A DNA stretch of 64,000 bases from an uncultured Clostridia bacterium (lineage in GTDB: Bacteria > Bacillota > Clostridia > Christensenellales > UBA1242), in NCBI GenBank assembly GCA_944360075.1, contig CALVTE010000003.1, forward strand, positions 12,964 to 76,963, read 5' to 3'. Below, in pieces: positions 13,514-22,926 of this stretch. The notes under the pieces are model-generated. The model made no database searches, had not been told where the DNA came from, and was given only the letters and a program-made list of their open reading frames with translations. Position 1 is the first letter of the stretch. Each line of letters begins with the position of its first letter. Both the position numbers and the translations under genes were made by a program.

Positions 13514-14467
13514 ATGGAAAACGAAAAAGAAGTGTTTGAGCGAAGAAATTTTTATACCGATGATGACAGCGGCAAGGTGTTCATTATAAGTTTGCTTGTG
13601 CCAATTTTGGTCACTTTAGTTTTTTCGTTGCTCTATTCGGGTATTGCTGCGGCTCTTGGCTACCAAGCAGAGCAGGCAATGGGCTCGATTTGGTTTAATG
13701 TGGCAGCCTCTTTTATCTCCACTCTTACTTTGATTGCGATTTATCTTATTTACAACAAAGTCAACAAAATTGACAACAGGGCAGTGCGTTTTGATTTCAA
13801 AATTGGTTGGAAAAATTATTTGCTTGCAATTGGCATTGGCATTGCTGCCCTTTTTGCTTTGCAACCGTTGATTTCAATGTTTGACAGACTTTGGGCTGGC
13901 CTTGGCTATGAAATCAACGAGCTTTCAATCAACAGCTTTGGAATGTTTGTGCTTTTTGTGTTTGTCAGCGCTGTGGCTCCAGCCATTTGTGAAGAAATCC
14001 TTTTCAGAGGCATGATTTTAAGCGGACTTCGCAAAAAATTTAGCGACGTGGTCAGCATAGTGCTTTCTGCCTTGATGTTTGCCTTGATGCACCAAAGCCT
14101 TCAACAATTTATCTACCCATTCTTGCTTGGCTTGGTTCTGGGCTGGCTTTATCTGCGCACTGGCTCTGTTGTTGCAAGCATGCTAGCACATTTTTTCAAC
14201 AACTTTTTTGTGGTGCTTGTTTCTTTTCTTCAATCGACAACAAATTTTTCAATGATTTTGCCGCTGAAGTGGTGGAGCATTTTGCTGGCCATCGTTTTGC
14301 TTGCTGTGATTGCTGTGATTGTGTTTTTGATTGACAGATTTTATTTTAAGCATCAAAGCAAAACCATAGAGCAGCGTACTCCGGGCAAAATTTCGCTCTT
14401 TCTTTGGGTGGCCATTGCTCTTGCCGTGCTGATTTTCTTGTTCAACTTGGTGGCTGCTTTTGTGTAA
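13514..14467 (+). CDS. CPBP (CAAX/Abi) intramembrane metalloprotease
   Basis: EEILFRG, FALMH and HFFNN motifs; multi-TM. Confidence 0.9.
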   Translation: MENEKEVFERRNFYTDDDSGKVFIISLLVPILVTLVFSLLYSGIAAALGYQAEQAMGSIWFNVAASFISTLTLIAIYLIYNKVNKIDNRAVRFDFKIGWKNYLLAIGIGIAALFALQPLISMFDRLWAGLGYEINELSINSFGMFVLFVFVSAVAPAICEEILFRGMILSGLRKKFSDVVSIVLSALMFALMHQSLQQFIYPFLLGLVLGWLYLRTGSVVASMLAHFFNNFFVVLVSFLQSTTNFSMILPLKWWSILLAIVLLAVIAVIVFLIDRFYFKHQSKTIEQRTPGKISLFLWVAIALAVLIFLFNLVAAFV

Positions 14468-14523
14468 AAACAGTCATTTTATACCTTTGAAAACAATATG
14501 ATATTAAAAAAACTAGGAGTTTT

Positions 14524-15669
14524 ATGTCTGTAAAAAGCAAAGTTTCAACTGTTTCGCTGGTCTGCTATTTTTTGATAGTTGTTTTGTTTGCCATCGTTCG
14601 TATGCTGACAGCTTTTGGCGTTTTCGACGGCTTGGGCAAAAATTTTGACTATGCCCTCAATGTTGTCAGCCAGGTGGTGATTCTTTTTTGCCTGTCAATT
14701 TTTCTGTTTTCAGCAATGCAAAAAAACAAGGTTAAAGACACTTTCAAGTATTTTGGCTATAAAAAAATCAGTTTTAAAGCTGTTTTGATTTGCATTGGCA
14801 TTGGCATAATTGTATATTTTCTAAATATTTTTATTGCCACTTTTTTCAATTCAATTTTGGCGCTGTTTGGCTATAGCTCGTCGTCTTCAGTCACTTATCT
14901 GTCTTCTTATCCATTCTGGCTTTTTCTTATCAACATTTTGGTGACAGCTGTTTTGCCGGGGGTATGTGAAGAAACTGTCCACCGCGGTCTTCTTTTAAAA
15001 GGTCTGTCTGGTTTTGGAGAGAGAAAAGCCCTTGTCATCTCTTCGCTGCTTTTCGGCTTTATGCACATGAATATTGACCAGTTTTTCTATGCCACTCTTA
15101 TTGGATTTTTGCTCGGCTATCTAGCCCTTATTTCTGATTCAATTTTCCCAGCCATGATTGTGCATTTTATCAACAATGCGCTGTCTGTTTTTGCATCCTA
15201 TTCATCTTTCAACAGCCTTGGTTTTGAAAAAATCATTGGTGGCTTTAATGCCGCTCTTGAGCTCAATTTCTTTTTGGGTTTTTTGCTGGTGGTTGTGTTT
15301 ATGGCTTCGCTTTCGTTTTTGCTTTTTATTCTTATCAAACAGTTATTTCGCGAAACAACTGTCAAAAACATGGCAAAACTGGAGCAGACCATCATCAAGC
15401 AGATGGAAAAAGAAAATTATATCAAACAGCTTGAAACTGTTGCAAGTGAAGGAGAAAATCAAACTCAACCAACCACAATTTCTTTTGAAGAATTTGACAA
15501 ACTTTACAAATTGCACAATCAAAAAATGGGACTGATGTCAAATCTAGAGCAAAACATGTTGTCTTCGCCAAATGTCAAAATGACCACTTTTCAAAAGATT
15601 TTGAGCATCGGCATTTTGATTATTGTGGCCAGCGTGACGATTTTTACCTTTATCTGGGGGATTTTGTGA
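14524..15669 (+). CDS. CPBP (CAAX/Abi) intramembrane metalloprotease
   Basis: EETVHRG, FGFMH and HFINN motifs; multi-TM. Confidence 0.9.
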   Translation: MSVKSKVSTVSLVCYFLIVVLFAIVRMLTAFGVFDGLGKNFDYALNVVSQVVILFCLSIFLFSAMQKNKVKDTFKYFGYKKISFKAVLICIGIGIIVYFLNIFIATFFNSILALFGYSSSSSVTYLSSYPFWLFLINILVTAVLPGVCEETVHRGLLLKGLSGFGERKALVISSLLFGFMHMNIDQFFYATLIGFLLGYLALISDSIFPAMIVHFINNALSVFASYSSFNSLGFEKIIGGFNAALELNFFLGFLLVVVFMASLSFLLFILIKQLFRETTVKNMAKLEQTIIKQMEKENYIKQLETVASEGENQTQPTTISFEEFDKLYKLHNQKMGLMSNLEQNMLSSPNVKMTTFQKILSIGILIIVASVTIFTFIWGIL

Positions 15670-16127
15670 TGTTGACGATAAATATTGTGTGCGTGGGCAA
15701 TTTGAAAGAAAAATTTTGGAAGGATGCACAAGAAGAATACAAAAAAAGGCTGTCTAGGTTTTGCAGCCTAAACATTGTCGAACTTAAAGAAGAAAATCAG
15801 CTGGGGCAAGTTGACAAAATTCTTGAGGTGGAAGGGGAAGCGATTTTAAAAGCGGTCAAAGGCAAAACGTATTTGCTGGCCATTGAAGGCGAGCAGTACT
15901 CTAGCGAGCAATTTGCCAAAGAAATTGAAAAGATTTCAAATCAAAGCAGTCAGCTTAGTTTTGTTATAGGCTCTTCACACGGCGTCAGCAAACAGGTTAA
16001 GCAAAAACTTTCTAGTAAAATATCTTTTGGTAAGCTGACTTTCCCGCATAATTTGGCAAGGGTGATGCTGCTTGAGCAAATTTATCGTGCTTTTATGATA
16101 AACAGCGGCGCAAAATATCATAAATGA
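15669..16127 (+). CDS. rlmH: 23S rRNA pseudouridine1915 N3-methyltransferase
   Basis: VGNLKEK, FVIGSSHG, TFPHNLARVMLLEQIYRAF, YHK terminus. Confidence 0.95.
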   Translation: MLTINIVCVGNLKEKFWKDAQEEYKKRLSRFCSLNIVELKEENQLGQVDKILEVEGEAILKAVKGKTYLLAIEGEQYSSEQFAKEIEKISNQSSQLSFVIGSSHGVSKQVKQKLSSKISFGKLTFPHNLARVMLLEQIYRAFMINSGAKYHK

Positions 16128-16202
16128 TTGAAAAATAAAATTGAAAGCATAACGCTTAAAAACACAAAAAAAATTGCAAAAAGTGAAAGATGGCGAAGCA
16201 TT

Positions 16203-16613
16203 TTATCTCCTATAATGGCGATCAAACTCTTGCGTCGGCTGGTCGGGGCGATTATATTCGTCTTCGCGCCTGTCTGAAAAAATTTGATGGTCATTTTCAT
16301 GCTTTTCCTCGTGTTGACGCGGTTTGGTTACTTCGCTGGAGGCTTCAACGTTGAGTTTTGATTGCATTTTGGCCATATTTTTTTCAAGGTCTTTTGTGTT
16401 GCGCTTGGAAAATACCGAGATTGCCCCTTTGCCTTTGATCAGTTTGAAAACCAAAACAAAGCAAGAAAAGCCAAACAAAATGTAACACAAGCGAGATAAT
16501 ATACTTGCTTGAAGGCCAAAAATTCCGGCAATAAAATCATATTGAAACAAACCTATCATCAGCCAGTTTATTGAGCCGGCCGTGGATAGAAGAAAGGCAA
16601 GAATGGTAAACAT
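16203..16613 (-). CDS. DUF378-like small membrane protein with charged tail
   Basis: GSINWLMIGLFQYDFIAGIFG...SRLCYILFG resembles the DUF378 pattern. Confidence 0.65.
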   Translation of the reverse strand: MFTILAFLLSTAGSINWLMIGLFQYDFIAGIFGLQASILSRLCYILFGFSCFVLVFKLIKGKGAISVFSKRNTKDLEKNMAKMQSKLNVEASSEVTKPRQHEEKHENDHQIFSDRREDEYNRPDQPTQEFDRHYRR

Positions 16614-16747
16614 TTTTTTCTCCTTTGCATATATTATCTGCAAGCGTCGCAAAAAAATTCAAAAATTAAAATTTAAAAATAAGTTGACTATTTTTTTGAA
16701 TTGTGTATAATAATCTTCACATGCTTTGAAACTAAAAGGAGATGGAC

Positions 16748-17215
16748 ATGGAAAAACACTACTTGACACCAGAAGGAAAGAAAGAACTTGAAGAGAAACT
16801 TCAATACTACAAAACTGAAAAAAGAAAACAAGTCACTGAGCAAATTGTAAGAGCTAGAGAGTTTGGCGACCTGTCTGAAAACAGCGAATATGATGCTGCA
16901 AAAGAAATGCAAGCACAAATCGAAGCTGAAATTGCAGAAATGGAAGATATACTTTTGTCATGCCATATTATAAATAAAAAAGATGTGAAAAGTGACGAAA
17001 TCACTATTGGCTCAACAGTAAAACTCTATGATGAAGAGTTTGATGAAGAGCTTGAGTATAAAATCCTGGGCACAACTGAAAGCAATCCTGCAAAGGGGGT
17101 TATCAGCAATCATTCTCCAGTGGGCAGTGCTCTTATTGGTCACAAAAAGGGTGATGTGATTTCAGTCAAGCTTCCAACAGGGGTAGTAAAATACAAAATT
17201 CTTGAAATAAAGTAA
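16748..17215 (+). CDS. greA: Transcription elongation factor GreA
   Basis: LTPEG, GDLSENSEYDAAK, ISNHSPVGSALIG. Confidence 0.96.
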   Translation: MEKHYLTPEGKKELEEKLQYYKTEKRKQVTEQIVRAREFGDLSENSEYDAAKEMQAQIEAEIAEMEDILLSCHIINKKDVKSDEITIGSTVKLYDEEFDEELEYKILGTTESNPAKGVISNHSPVGSALIGHKKGDVISVKLPTGVVKYKILEIK

Positions 17216-17287
17216 TTTTACAAGGCTTTTTTGTTTGCATAAAAGGTCTCTTTATTGTATAATACTTGTAAAGATTGGTGCAAAGAG

Positions 17288-18214
17288 ATGATGTTTAAAA
17301 ATTCAACAAAATTGTTGCTTGCAAATTTTGACAAGGTGTGGAAATTGCTGGTTTACCACATCTTGTGTTTTGCTTTGTGTTTTGGTCTTTTGTCGATTTT
17401 TTACAACTTTTTTGCTGCCAGCATTGTTTCAGCTTGGGAAGAAGCAAATCTTGCAGGAGTGTTTTCTTCCGGCACTTTTTATGGCTACAGTGTGGCAGGA
17501 GTGCTGCATGGCATTGTCAATGCAGTGATTGGCTTTTTTATCAACATTTTTGCTGAAAATGTGTGGATTGGTGTTTATTTTTGTGTGATAGTTTTCTATC
17601 TGTTGCCATTTCTTATGAATGTGGGCAAATATGTGGTCGACGAAATGCTCTACGGCTTTATGTCTTCAGCACAAAAACAGTCTTTCACAGGCACTTTTTT
17701 GAGAACTCTTGGCAAATCAACACAATTTGCCGCAGTCAAAACTCTTTATGCTCTTCCTTTCAATGCCTTGATTTTGCTTTCAATGTGTGGCTTGTCAAGA
17801 ATTCAAAACCAAGTTTTTGATTATATTTTCCCTCTTGCTCTAGCAGTTATTCCAGCCATCATGTTTGCTTTCAAACAAACTTTCAATGCAGGTTGGGCTC
17901 CAGCTATGGTGGTTTTTGATGTTGGGGTGGCAAAAGCTTTTATGCTTGGTCACAGAGCCATTCTTCGTCGAGGCGCAAGGGTGTTTTCAACCGCCTTTGT
18001 TATCTGTTTGCTTGCCATCGTTCTGTCGCTTATCCTTGGGCTTTACGCTCTTATCATCATCCTTCCAATCGTTTTGCCTTTCAGCGATATTTTTGAAATG
18101 ACAGCCTTTTTCTCAAGTCAAGGGATGAGGTTTTATGCCGACTACGACACCATTTTGACACCAAAAAAACTTGAAGAAGTTGACAAAATCGAAAACGCAA
18201 AATTTATTTTGTAA
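17288..18214 (+). CDS. Hypothetical multi-pass membrane protein
   Basis: Long ORF with about 6 hydrophobic segments and host-like codon usage. Confidence 0.65.
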   Translation: MMFKNSTKLLLANFDKVWKLLVYHILCFALCFGLLSIFYNFFAASIVSAWEEANLAGVFSSGTFYGYSVAGVLHGIVNAVIGFFINIFAENVWIGVYFCVIVFYLLPFLMNVGKYVVDEMLYGFMSSAQKQSFTGTFLRTLGKSTQFAAVKTLYALPFNALILLSMCGLSRIQNQVFDYIFPLALAVIPAIMFAFKQTFNAGWAPAMVVFDVGVAKAFMLGHRAILRRGARVFSTAFVICLLAIVLSLILGLYALIIILPIVLPFSDIFEMTAFFSSQGMRFYADYDTILTPKKLEEVDKIENAKFIL

Positions 18215-18306
18215 TCAACAAAAGTTGACAAATTGTTTATAAAAAACTTGTTCAAAATTTTTCTTTGGGCAGGTTCTTTGATAGTTTAAATAAAAGGAGA
18301 AGAAAA

Positions 18307-19965
18307 TTGAATAACAACAAATTGAAAATAACCTTCTTGGGCGGAGTGGGTGAAATTGGAAAAAACATGACCGCCTTTGAATATAATGACGAAATTATTG
18401 TGGTTGATGCAGGAATGACTTTTCCCGACGATGATTTGCCGGGGATTGACGTTGTTATTCCAGACATCACATATTTGCTTGCCAACAAAGACAAGGTCAA
18501 AGCAATTTTGCTCACTCATGGGCATGAAGACCATATTGGCGCCATGCCATTTGTGCTAAAACATCTCAACGTGCCAGTTTATGGTTCAAGGCTGACACTT
18601 GCTTTGGTGGAAAACAAACTTAAAGAATACAAAGACATAAAAATGAAGGCAGTGGCAGTCAAGCCTAAAAATGTGCTTAAAATTGGCTCTTTTGTTGTTG
18701 AGTTTGTCAAAGTCAGTCACTCTATCGCTGGCTCTTTGGCTATGAGCATTTCAACACCAGTTGGCACAGTTGTTCACACTGGTGACTTCAAGGTTGATTA
18801 TGAGCCTATTGACGGAACGATGACCGATTTGCCAAGATTTGCTGAGATTGGCAAAAAGGGTGTCAATTTGCTGCTTTGTGAAAGCACCAACGTTTGCAGA
18901 AAGGGCTATTCTATGAGTGAACGGGCGGTTGGCAGAGCTCTTGAAGAGATTATAAAAGAGCATTCTGACCAAAGAATCATTGTTGCCACCTTTGCTTCCA
19001 ACATCCACAGAATGCAGCAAATTTTGGATTTGGCTGAAAAATATAAACGCAAAGTTGCTTTTACTGGCCGAAGCATGGTCAATGTGAGCGAAACGGCATT
19101 GAAACTTGGAGAGCTTACTTTTAACCGTGAAAATTTTGTGGACATTGCCAAAGTTGAAAAGATGGAAGACAAGGAAGTGCTTATCATGACAACAGGCAGT
19201 CAAGGCGAGCCTATGAGTGCACTGACCAGAATGGCTGCGGGCGAGTTTAAAACCTTTAAAATCAAGCCAAACGACCTTGTTATTCTTTCAGCTTCGCCAA
19301 TTCCGGGCAACGAAAAAAATGTGTATAACGTTATCAACGCACTTTACAAACTTGGCGCTGACGTGATTTATGACGAGCTTGCCGATGTTCACGCCTCAGG
19401 CCATGCTTGTCAAGAAGAAATCAAGCTTATTCACAGCCTTGTCAAGCCAAAACATTTTATTCCTATTCACGGCGAGTATAGGCATTTAAAAACGCATAAA
19501 GAGCTTGCAATGGCTCTTGGGCAGGAGGAGAGAAACATCATTTTGCCAAGCATTGGTATGCAAATTGAACTTGGGCCAAACTCTATGCGTCAATCTGGTT
19601 TTGTGACGGCTGGTCAACGCCTTGTTGACGGGTTTGGCATTGGAGACATGGACAGCAACGTGCTGAGAGAACGAAAACAACTGTCTGAAGAAGGATTGTG
19701 TGTGGTTTGCGTCAATATCAACAATGTTGCAGGCGAGGTCACTTCAGAGCCTTTCATCATCACTCGCGGTGTGGTCTATGCAGACGAGCAAGAAAGTTTT
19801 GTGCAAGATGCCAAAGCGTGCATAATCGCATCACTCAAAGAAGCGGATTTAAGGGGCGTTGAGCCGTCAGTAATCAGACAGTCATTGCGCCGCAATATTT
19901 CAAACTTTATTTTCAAACGCACAAAACGCCGCCCTATGATTTTGGCTATTGTGACTTTGGACTAG
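18307..19965 (+). CDS. rnj: Ribonuclease J
   Basis: GGVGEIGKNM, THGHEDH, HTGDFK, GSQGEP, HASGH, PIHGE; TTG start behind AAGGAG. Confidence 0.95.
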   Translation: MNNNKLKITFLGGVGEIGKNMTAFEYNDEIIVVDAGMTFPDDDLPGIDVVIPDITYLLANKDKVKAILLTHGHEDHIGAMPFVLKHLNVPVYGSRLTLALVENKLKEYKDIKMKAVAVKPKNVLKIGSFVVEFVKVSHSIAGSLAMSISTPVGTVVHTGDFKVDYEPIDGTMTDLPRFAEIGKKGVNLLLCESTNVCRKGYSMSERAVGRALEEIIKEHSDQRIIVATFASNIHRMQQILDLAEKYKRKVAFTGRSMVNVSETALKLGELTFNRENFVDIAKVEKMEDKEVLIMTTGSQGEPMSALTRMAAGEFKTFKIKPNDLVILSASPIPGNEKNVYNVINALYKLGADVIYDELADVHASGHACQEEIKLIHSLVKPKHFIPIHGEYRHLKTHKELAMALGQEERNIILPSIGMQIELGPNSMRQSGFVTAGQRLVDGFGIGDMDSNVLRERKQLSEEGLCVVCVNINNVAGEVTSEPFIITRGVVYADEQESFVQDAKACIIASLKEADLRGVEPSVIRQSLRRNISNFIFKRTKRRPMILAIVTLD

Positions 19966-19968
19966 GCT

Positions 19969-20559
19969 ATGTTTGAAGAGATTGAAAAGTTTGCTCAGCA
20001 AAATTACATTCCAATAATCAGGCCGCTTTCACGCAAACTGCTATGCGACCATGTGAAAAAATCTAAGCCTGAAAAAATTTTGGAAATAGGCACCGCAATA
20101 GGCTTTTCTGGGCTTTTGATGCTGAGTTGTTCCACGGCCTTTTTGACCACAATAGAAAAAGATGAACAAAGGGCAGAAATGGCAAAACGCAATTTTGAGC
20201 GGTATGGTTTTGAAAATCGCGTAAATTTGATTTGCGATGATGCGCTTGACGTTCTCAAACGCTTTGTGGCCAGCAATCAGCAATTTGATTTTATCTTTTT
20301 GGATGGGCCAAAAGGGCAATACTATCGTTATCTGCCTTTGCTTAAAAAAATATTGACCACAAATGGCATTATTTTTGCTGATGATGTTTTTCTGCACGGG
20401 CTGGTGCGCTCAAAATCGCCAATCCCGCACAAAAGTCGCAGCATGGTCAACAATATGCGAAAATATCTGTCTTTGCTTGAGCAGTCTGACAACTTTGAAA
20501 GCGAAATTTTAGACATTGAAGACGGCATTGCTATAACAAAAAAAATTGATGAGCTTTAA
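19969..20559 (+). CDS. O-methyltransferase (YrrM/TrmR-like)
   Basis: ILEIGTAIGFS and FDFIFLDGPKGQY. Confidence 0.85.
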   Translation: MFEEIEKFAQQNYIPIIRPLSRKLLCDHVKKSKPEKILEIGTAIGFSGLLMLSCSTAFLTTIEKDEQRAEMAKRNFERYGFENRVNLICDDALDVLKRFVASNQQFDFIFLDGPKGQYYRYLPLLKKILTTNGIIFADDVFLHGLVRSKSPIPHKSRSMVNNMRKYLSLLEQSDNFESEILDIEDGIAITKKIDEL

Positions 20560-20629
20560 GCTCATTTTTTTTGTGATAAAGTGTTTATTTTAAGTTGTAT
20601 TTTTTATCATAATTTGTTACAATAAAAGC

Positions 20630-21214
20630 ATGGATTTTGAAGTTGAACTTATCAAATTTTTGCAGTCAGGGCTTTCAACCAACTGGATTTCTGTTTTCCA
20701 AGTGGTAACTCTTTTGGGCAGTTGGCTGGGGCTTCTTATCAGTTTTATCATAATTTTCAGAAAAAGAAAAATTATGGCTTGCCTTATGGTTATTGGCTTT
20801 GTTGCTGCTATCGCCATCAATTTTGCTATAAAAAACATCGTGTGTCGCGCAAGACCTTTTGAAAGTTTTGATTTTATTGTGAATTATGGAAACGAAGGCG
20901 GCTTTAGCATGCCTTCTGGTCACAGCTGTGCAGTGGCAGTTATGGCTGTGTTTTTGATTGCTTACATTTTTCAAATATCTTTAAATAACACCTCCAAGAT
21001 TCTTGGCACTGTTGCTGTTATTCTTTTGTCGCTTCTTGTGGGCTTTTCAAGAATGGTGCTTGGTGTGCATTATCTGACCGACGTTTTGATAGGACTGCTT
21101 GAAGGGGCAATCATTGCTTCAATTTTGCTTTTGATTTATTATCATTATATCTACAAAGTTCAAAAGCAGGTCGATATGCTTAAAGCGATGCTTAAGGGAG
21201 ACGAAGATGAATAA
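20630..21214 (+). CDS. PAP2-family membrane phosphatase
   Basis: KNIVCRARP, PSGH and SRMVLGVHYLTD. Confidence 0.9.
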   Translation: MDFEVELIKFLQSGLSTNWISVFQVVTLLGSWLGLLISFIIIFRKRKIMACLMVIGFVAAIAINFAIKNIVCRARPFESFDFIVNYGNEGGFSMPSGHSCAVAVMAVFLIAYIFQISLNNTSKILGTVAVILLSLLVGFSRMVLGVHYLTDVLIGLLEGAIIASILLLIYYHYIYKVQKQVDMLKAMLKGDEDE

Positions 21215-21644
21215 GCTGCTGATAAAAACAAATTCTGAAAGCCAGACAATGGAGTTTGCTGAAAAATTTGCCAAAATTTTAAGCAAAGGTGCAGTGCTGC
21301 TGCTCCACGGCGATTTGGGGGCGGGCAAAACTCATTTTGTCAAAGGGCTTGCAAGAGGGCTGGGCTCAAACATGATGGTCACAAGCCCAACTTTCACACT
21401 GCTCAACATTTATGACGATGGGCAGCTGCCTTTATATCATTTTGATATGTATAGGCTGAGTGGAAAAGAAGAGGCTGAAGAAATGGGCTTCAATGAATAT
21501 TTTGACACCAATTCTCTTGACGGTGTGGTTGTGGTGGAATGGCCAGAACAAGTGGAAGGCTTGATAAATTGCCCGCACATAAATGTTGAAATCACAAAAC
21601 TAGACGAAAGCACTCGCCAGATTGTTGTTGGAGGAGGAAAATGA
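21207..21644 (+). CDS. tsaE: t6A biosynthesis ATPase TsaE
   Basis: GDLGAGKT, SPTFTL, HFDMYRL, VEW. Confidence 0.95.
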   Translation: MNKLLIKTNSESQTMEFAEKFAKILSKGAVLLLHGDLGAGKTHFVKGLARGLGSNMMVTSPTFTLLNIYDDGQLPLYHFDMYRLSGKEEAEEMGFNEYFDTNSLDGVVVVEWPEQVEGLINCPHINVEITKLDESTRQIVVGGGK

Positions 21645-22285
21645 TTGCCATTTGTTCTGCTTTTAAAAAAGCTATGGTTGCGATTGATATTTCAGGCAAG
21701 CAAGACTATTGTCAAGTTGATGCAAATTGCGGTCATAGCGAAAAACTTTTGCCAGCCATAGATTTTTTGCTTTCAAAAAATAATCTCACCATTGCAGACA
21801 ACGATAGCTTTGCTGTGGTTGTTGGGCCAGGTTCCTTCACTGGTCTTAGGATTGCTTTGGCACTGATAAAGGGCTTGTGTGCTGGGCAAGAAGAAAAAAT
21901 TGAGGTTTATCCAATAACTTCTTTCCAGCTTATGGCATATACATATACCAAGCATTTCAAACCAGAGCGAGATTTTGTTTGTCTTGTAAATGCTCTGAGC
22001 GGAAAGGTTTTTGCTTGCCGCTATTCAAAAGATGGTTTGCAGATTGGGCAGGAGCAGCTTTTAAGCCAAGAGCAACTTGAGTCAGAGCAGCAAGTTTGCC
22101 TTGAAGAAGAAGACCTTTGCCAGAATAAAGTTGAATTGTCGCCCAAAGAACTTCTTGAACTTGCACTCATAAAAAAAGACCAAGCTCAGCCTGTTTCAGT
22201 GGAAAAAATTGCGCCGCTATACCTACGCAAAAGCCAAGCGGAAGACGATTTGGAAAGGCGGGAACAAAAGTTGAAAAAAAGTTGA
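21641..22285 (+). CDS. tsaB: t6A biosynthesis protein TsaB
   Basis: HSEKLLP, GPGSFTGLR, PLYLRKSQAE. Confidence 0.9.
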   Translation: MIAICSAFKKAMVAIDISGKQDYCQVDANCGHSEKLLPAIDFLLSKNNLTIADNDSFAVVVGPGSFTGLRIALALIKGLCAGQEEKIEVYPITSFQLMAYTYTKHFKPERDFVCLVNALSGKVFACRYSKDGLQIGQEQLLSQEQLESEQQVCLEEEDLCQNKVELSPKELLELALIKKDQAQPVSVEKIAPLYLRKSQAEDDLERREQKLKKS

Positions 22286-22358
22286 AAAAACTTGCAAAAT
22301 TGATAGACTTTTTGTGATTATATTAGTATAATGTTGGAAAATAATAAAGGAGAAAATT

Positions 22359-22883
22359 ATGAAAAAACCAGTTTATATCAGATGCCCTAGATGCGAACTT
22401 AACTACATTCAAAAAAAGGATAAATTTTGCCCAGTTTGCAAAGCTGAAATGGAGGCTAAAAGAGACTATATCGACGATGTTGATTTAGAACTTTGCCCAA
22501 TTTGCAAAACAAACTACATTCAACCAGATGAAATCATGTGCGCAAGCTGTTTGAAAGAGCATCAAAGCGAAGATGGCGAGATTTCAACTGATTGGGAAGA
22601 CTATATGGTGCGTGATGACGAAGAAGACATCATGACCGCTGAAGACGAAACAGGTGAGATGGCTTCTGTGACCGACATCACAAAATCTTCACTTCTTGAC
22701 GATGATGACATTTCGCCAGACATTCCGTTTGACGACGAAGACCTTTCTTTTGATGAGGCTTTTGATGATGAAGAAGATAATGCTGATGCGGATGATGATT
22801 TTGACGACGATTATGATGACGATTATGACGACGACGACTTTGACGATGACGATGATGACGAACTTGATGATGACGATGAATAA
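22359..22883 (+). CDS. Tandem Cys4 zinc-finger protein with Asp/Glu-rich tail (unknown function)
   Basis: CPRCELNYI...CPVC and CPICKTNYI...CASC; poly-Asp C-terminus; own promoter elements and AAGGAG RBS. Confidence 0.8.
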   Translation: MKKPVYIRCPRCELNYIQKKDKFCPVCKAEMEAKRDYIDDVDLELCPICKTNYIQPDEIMCASCLKEHQSEDGEISTDWEDYMVRDDEEDIMTAEDETGEMASVTDITKSSLLDDDDISPDIPFDDEDLSFDEAFDDEEDNADADDDFDDDYDDDYDDDDFDDDDDDELDDDDE

Positions 22884-22892
22884 ACTTGTTAC

Positions 22893-22923
22893 AAAAAAAG
22901 GACTTTAATAAAAGTCCTTTTTT
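22893..22923. terminator. Bidirectional intrinsic terminator
   Basis: A-run-GGACTTT...AAAGTCC-T-run between convergent genes. Confidence 0.75.
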
Positions 22924-22926
22924 GTT

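Noticed and set aside
13514-15669. Tandem CPBP/Abi proteases as a bacteriocin immunity or phage-defence locus
   Set aside because: No bacteriocin peptide, transporter or mobile context; codon usage is host-like and the second gene is coupled to rlmH.
22760-22883. GAT/GAC tandem repeats as a CRISPR array or VNTR
   Set aside because: This is in-frame poly-Asp coding sequence with no repeat-spacer structure; no CRISPR array was seen anywhere in the window.
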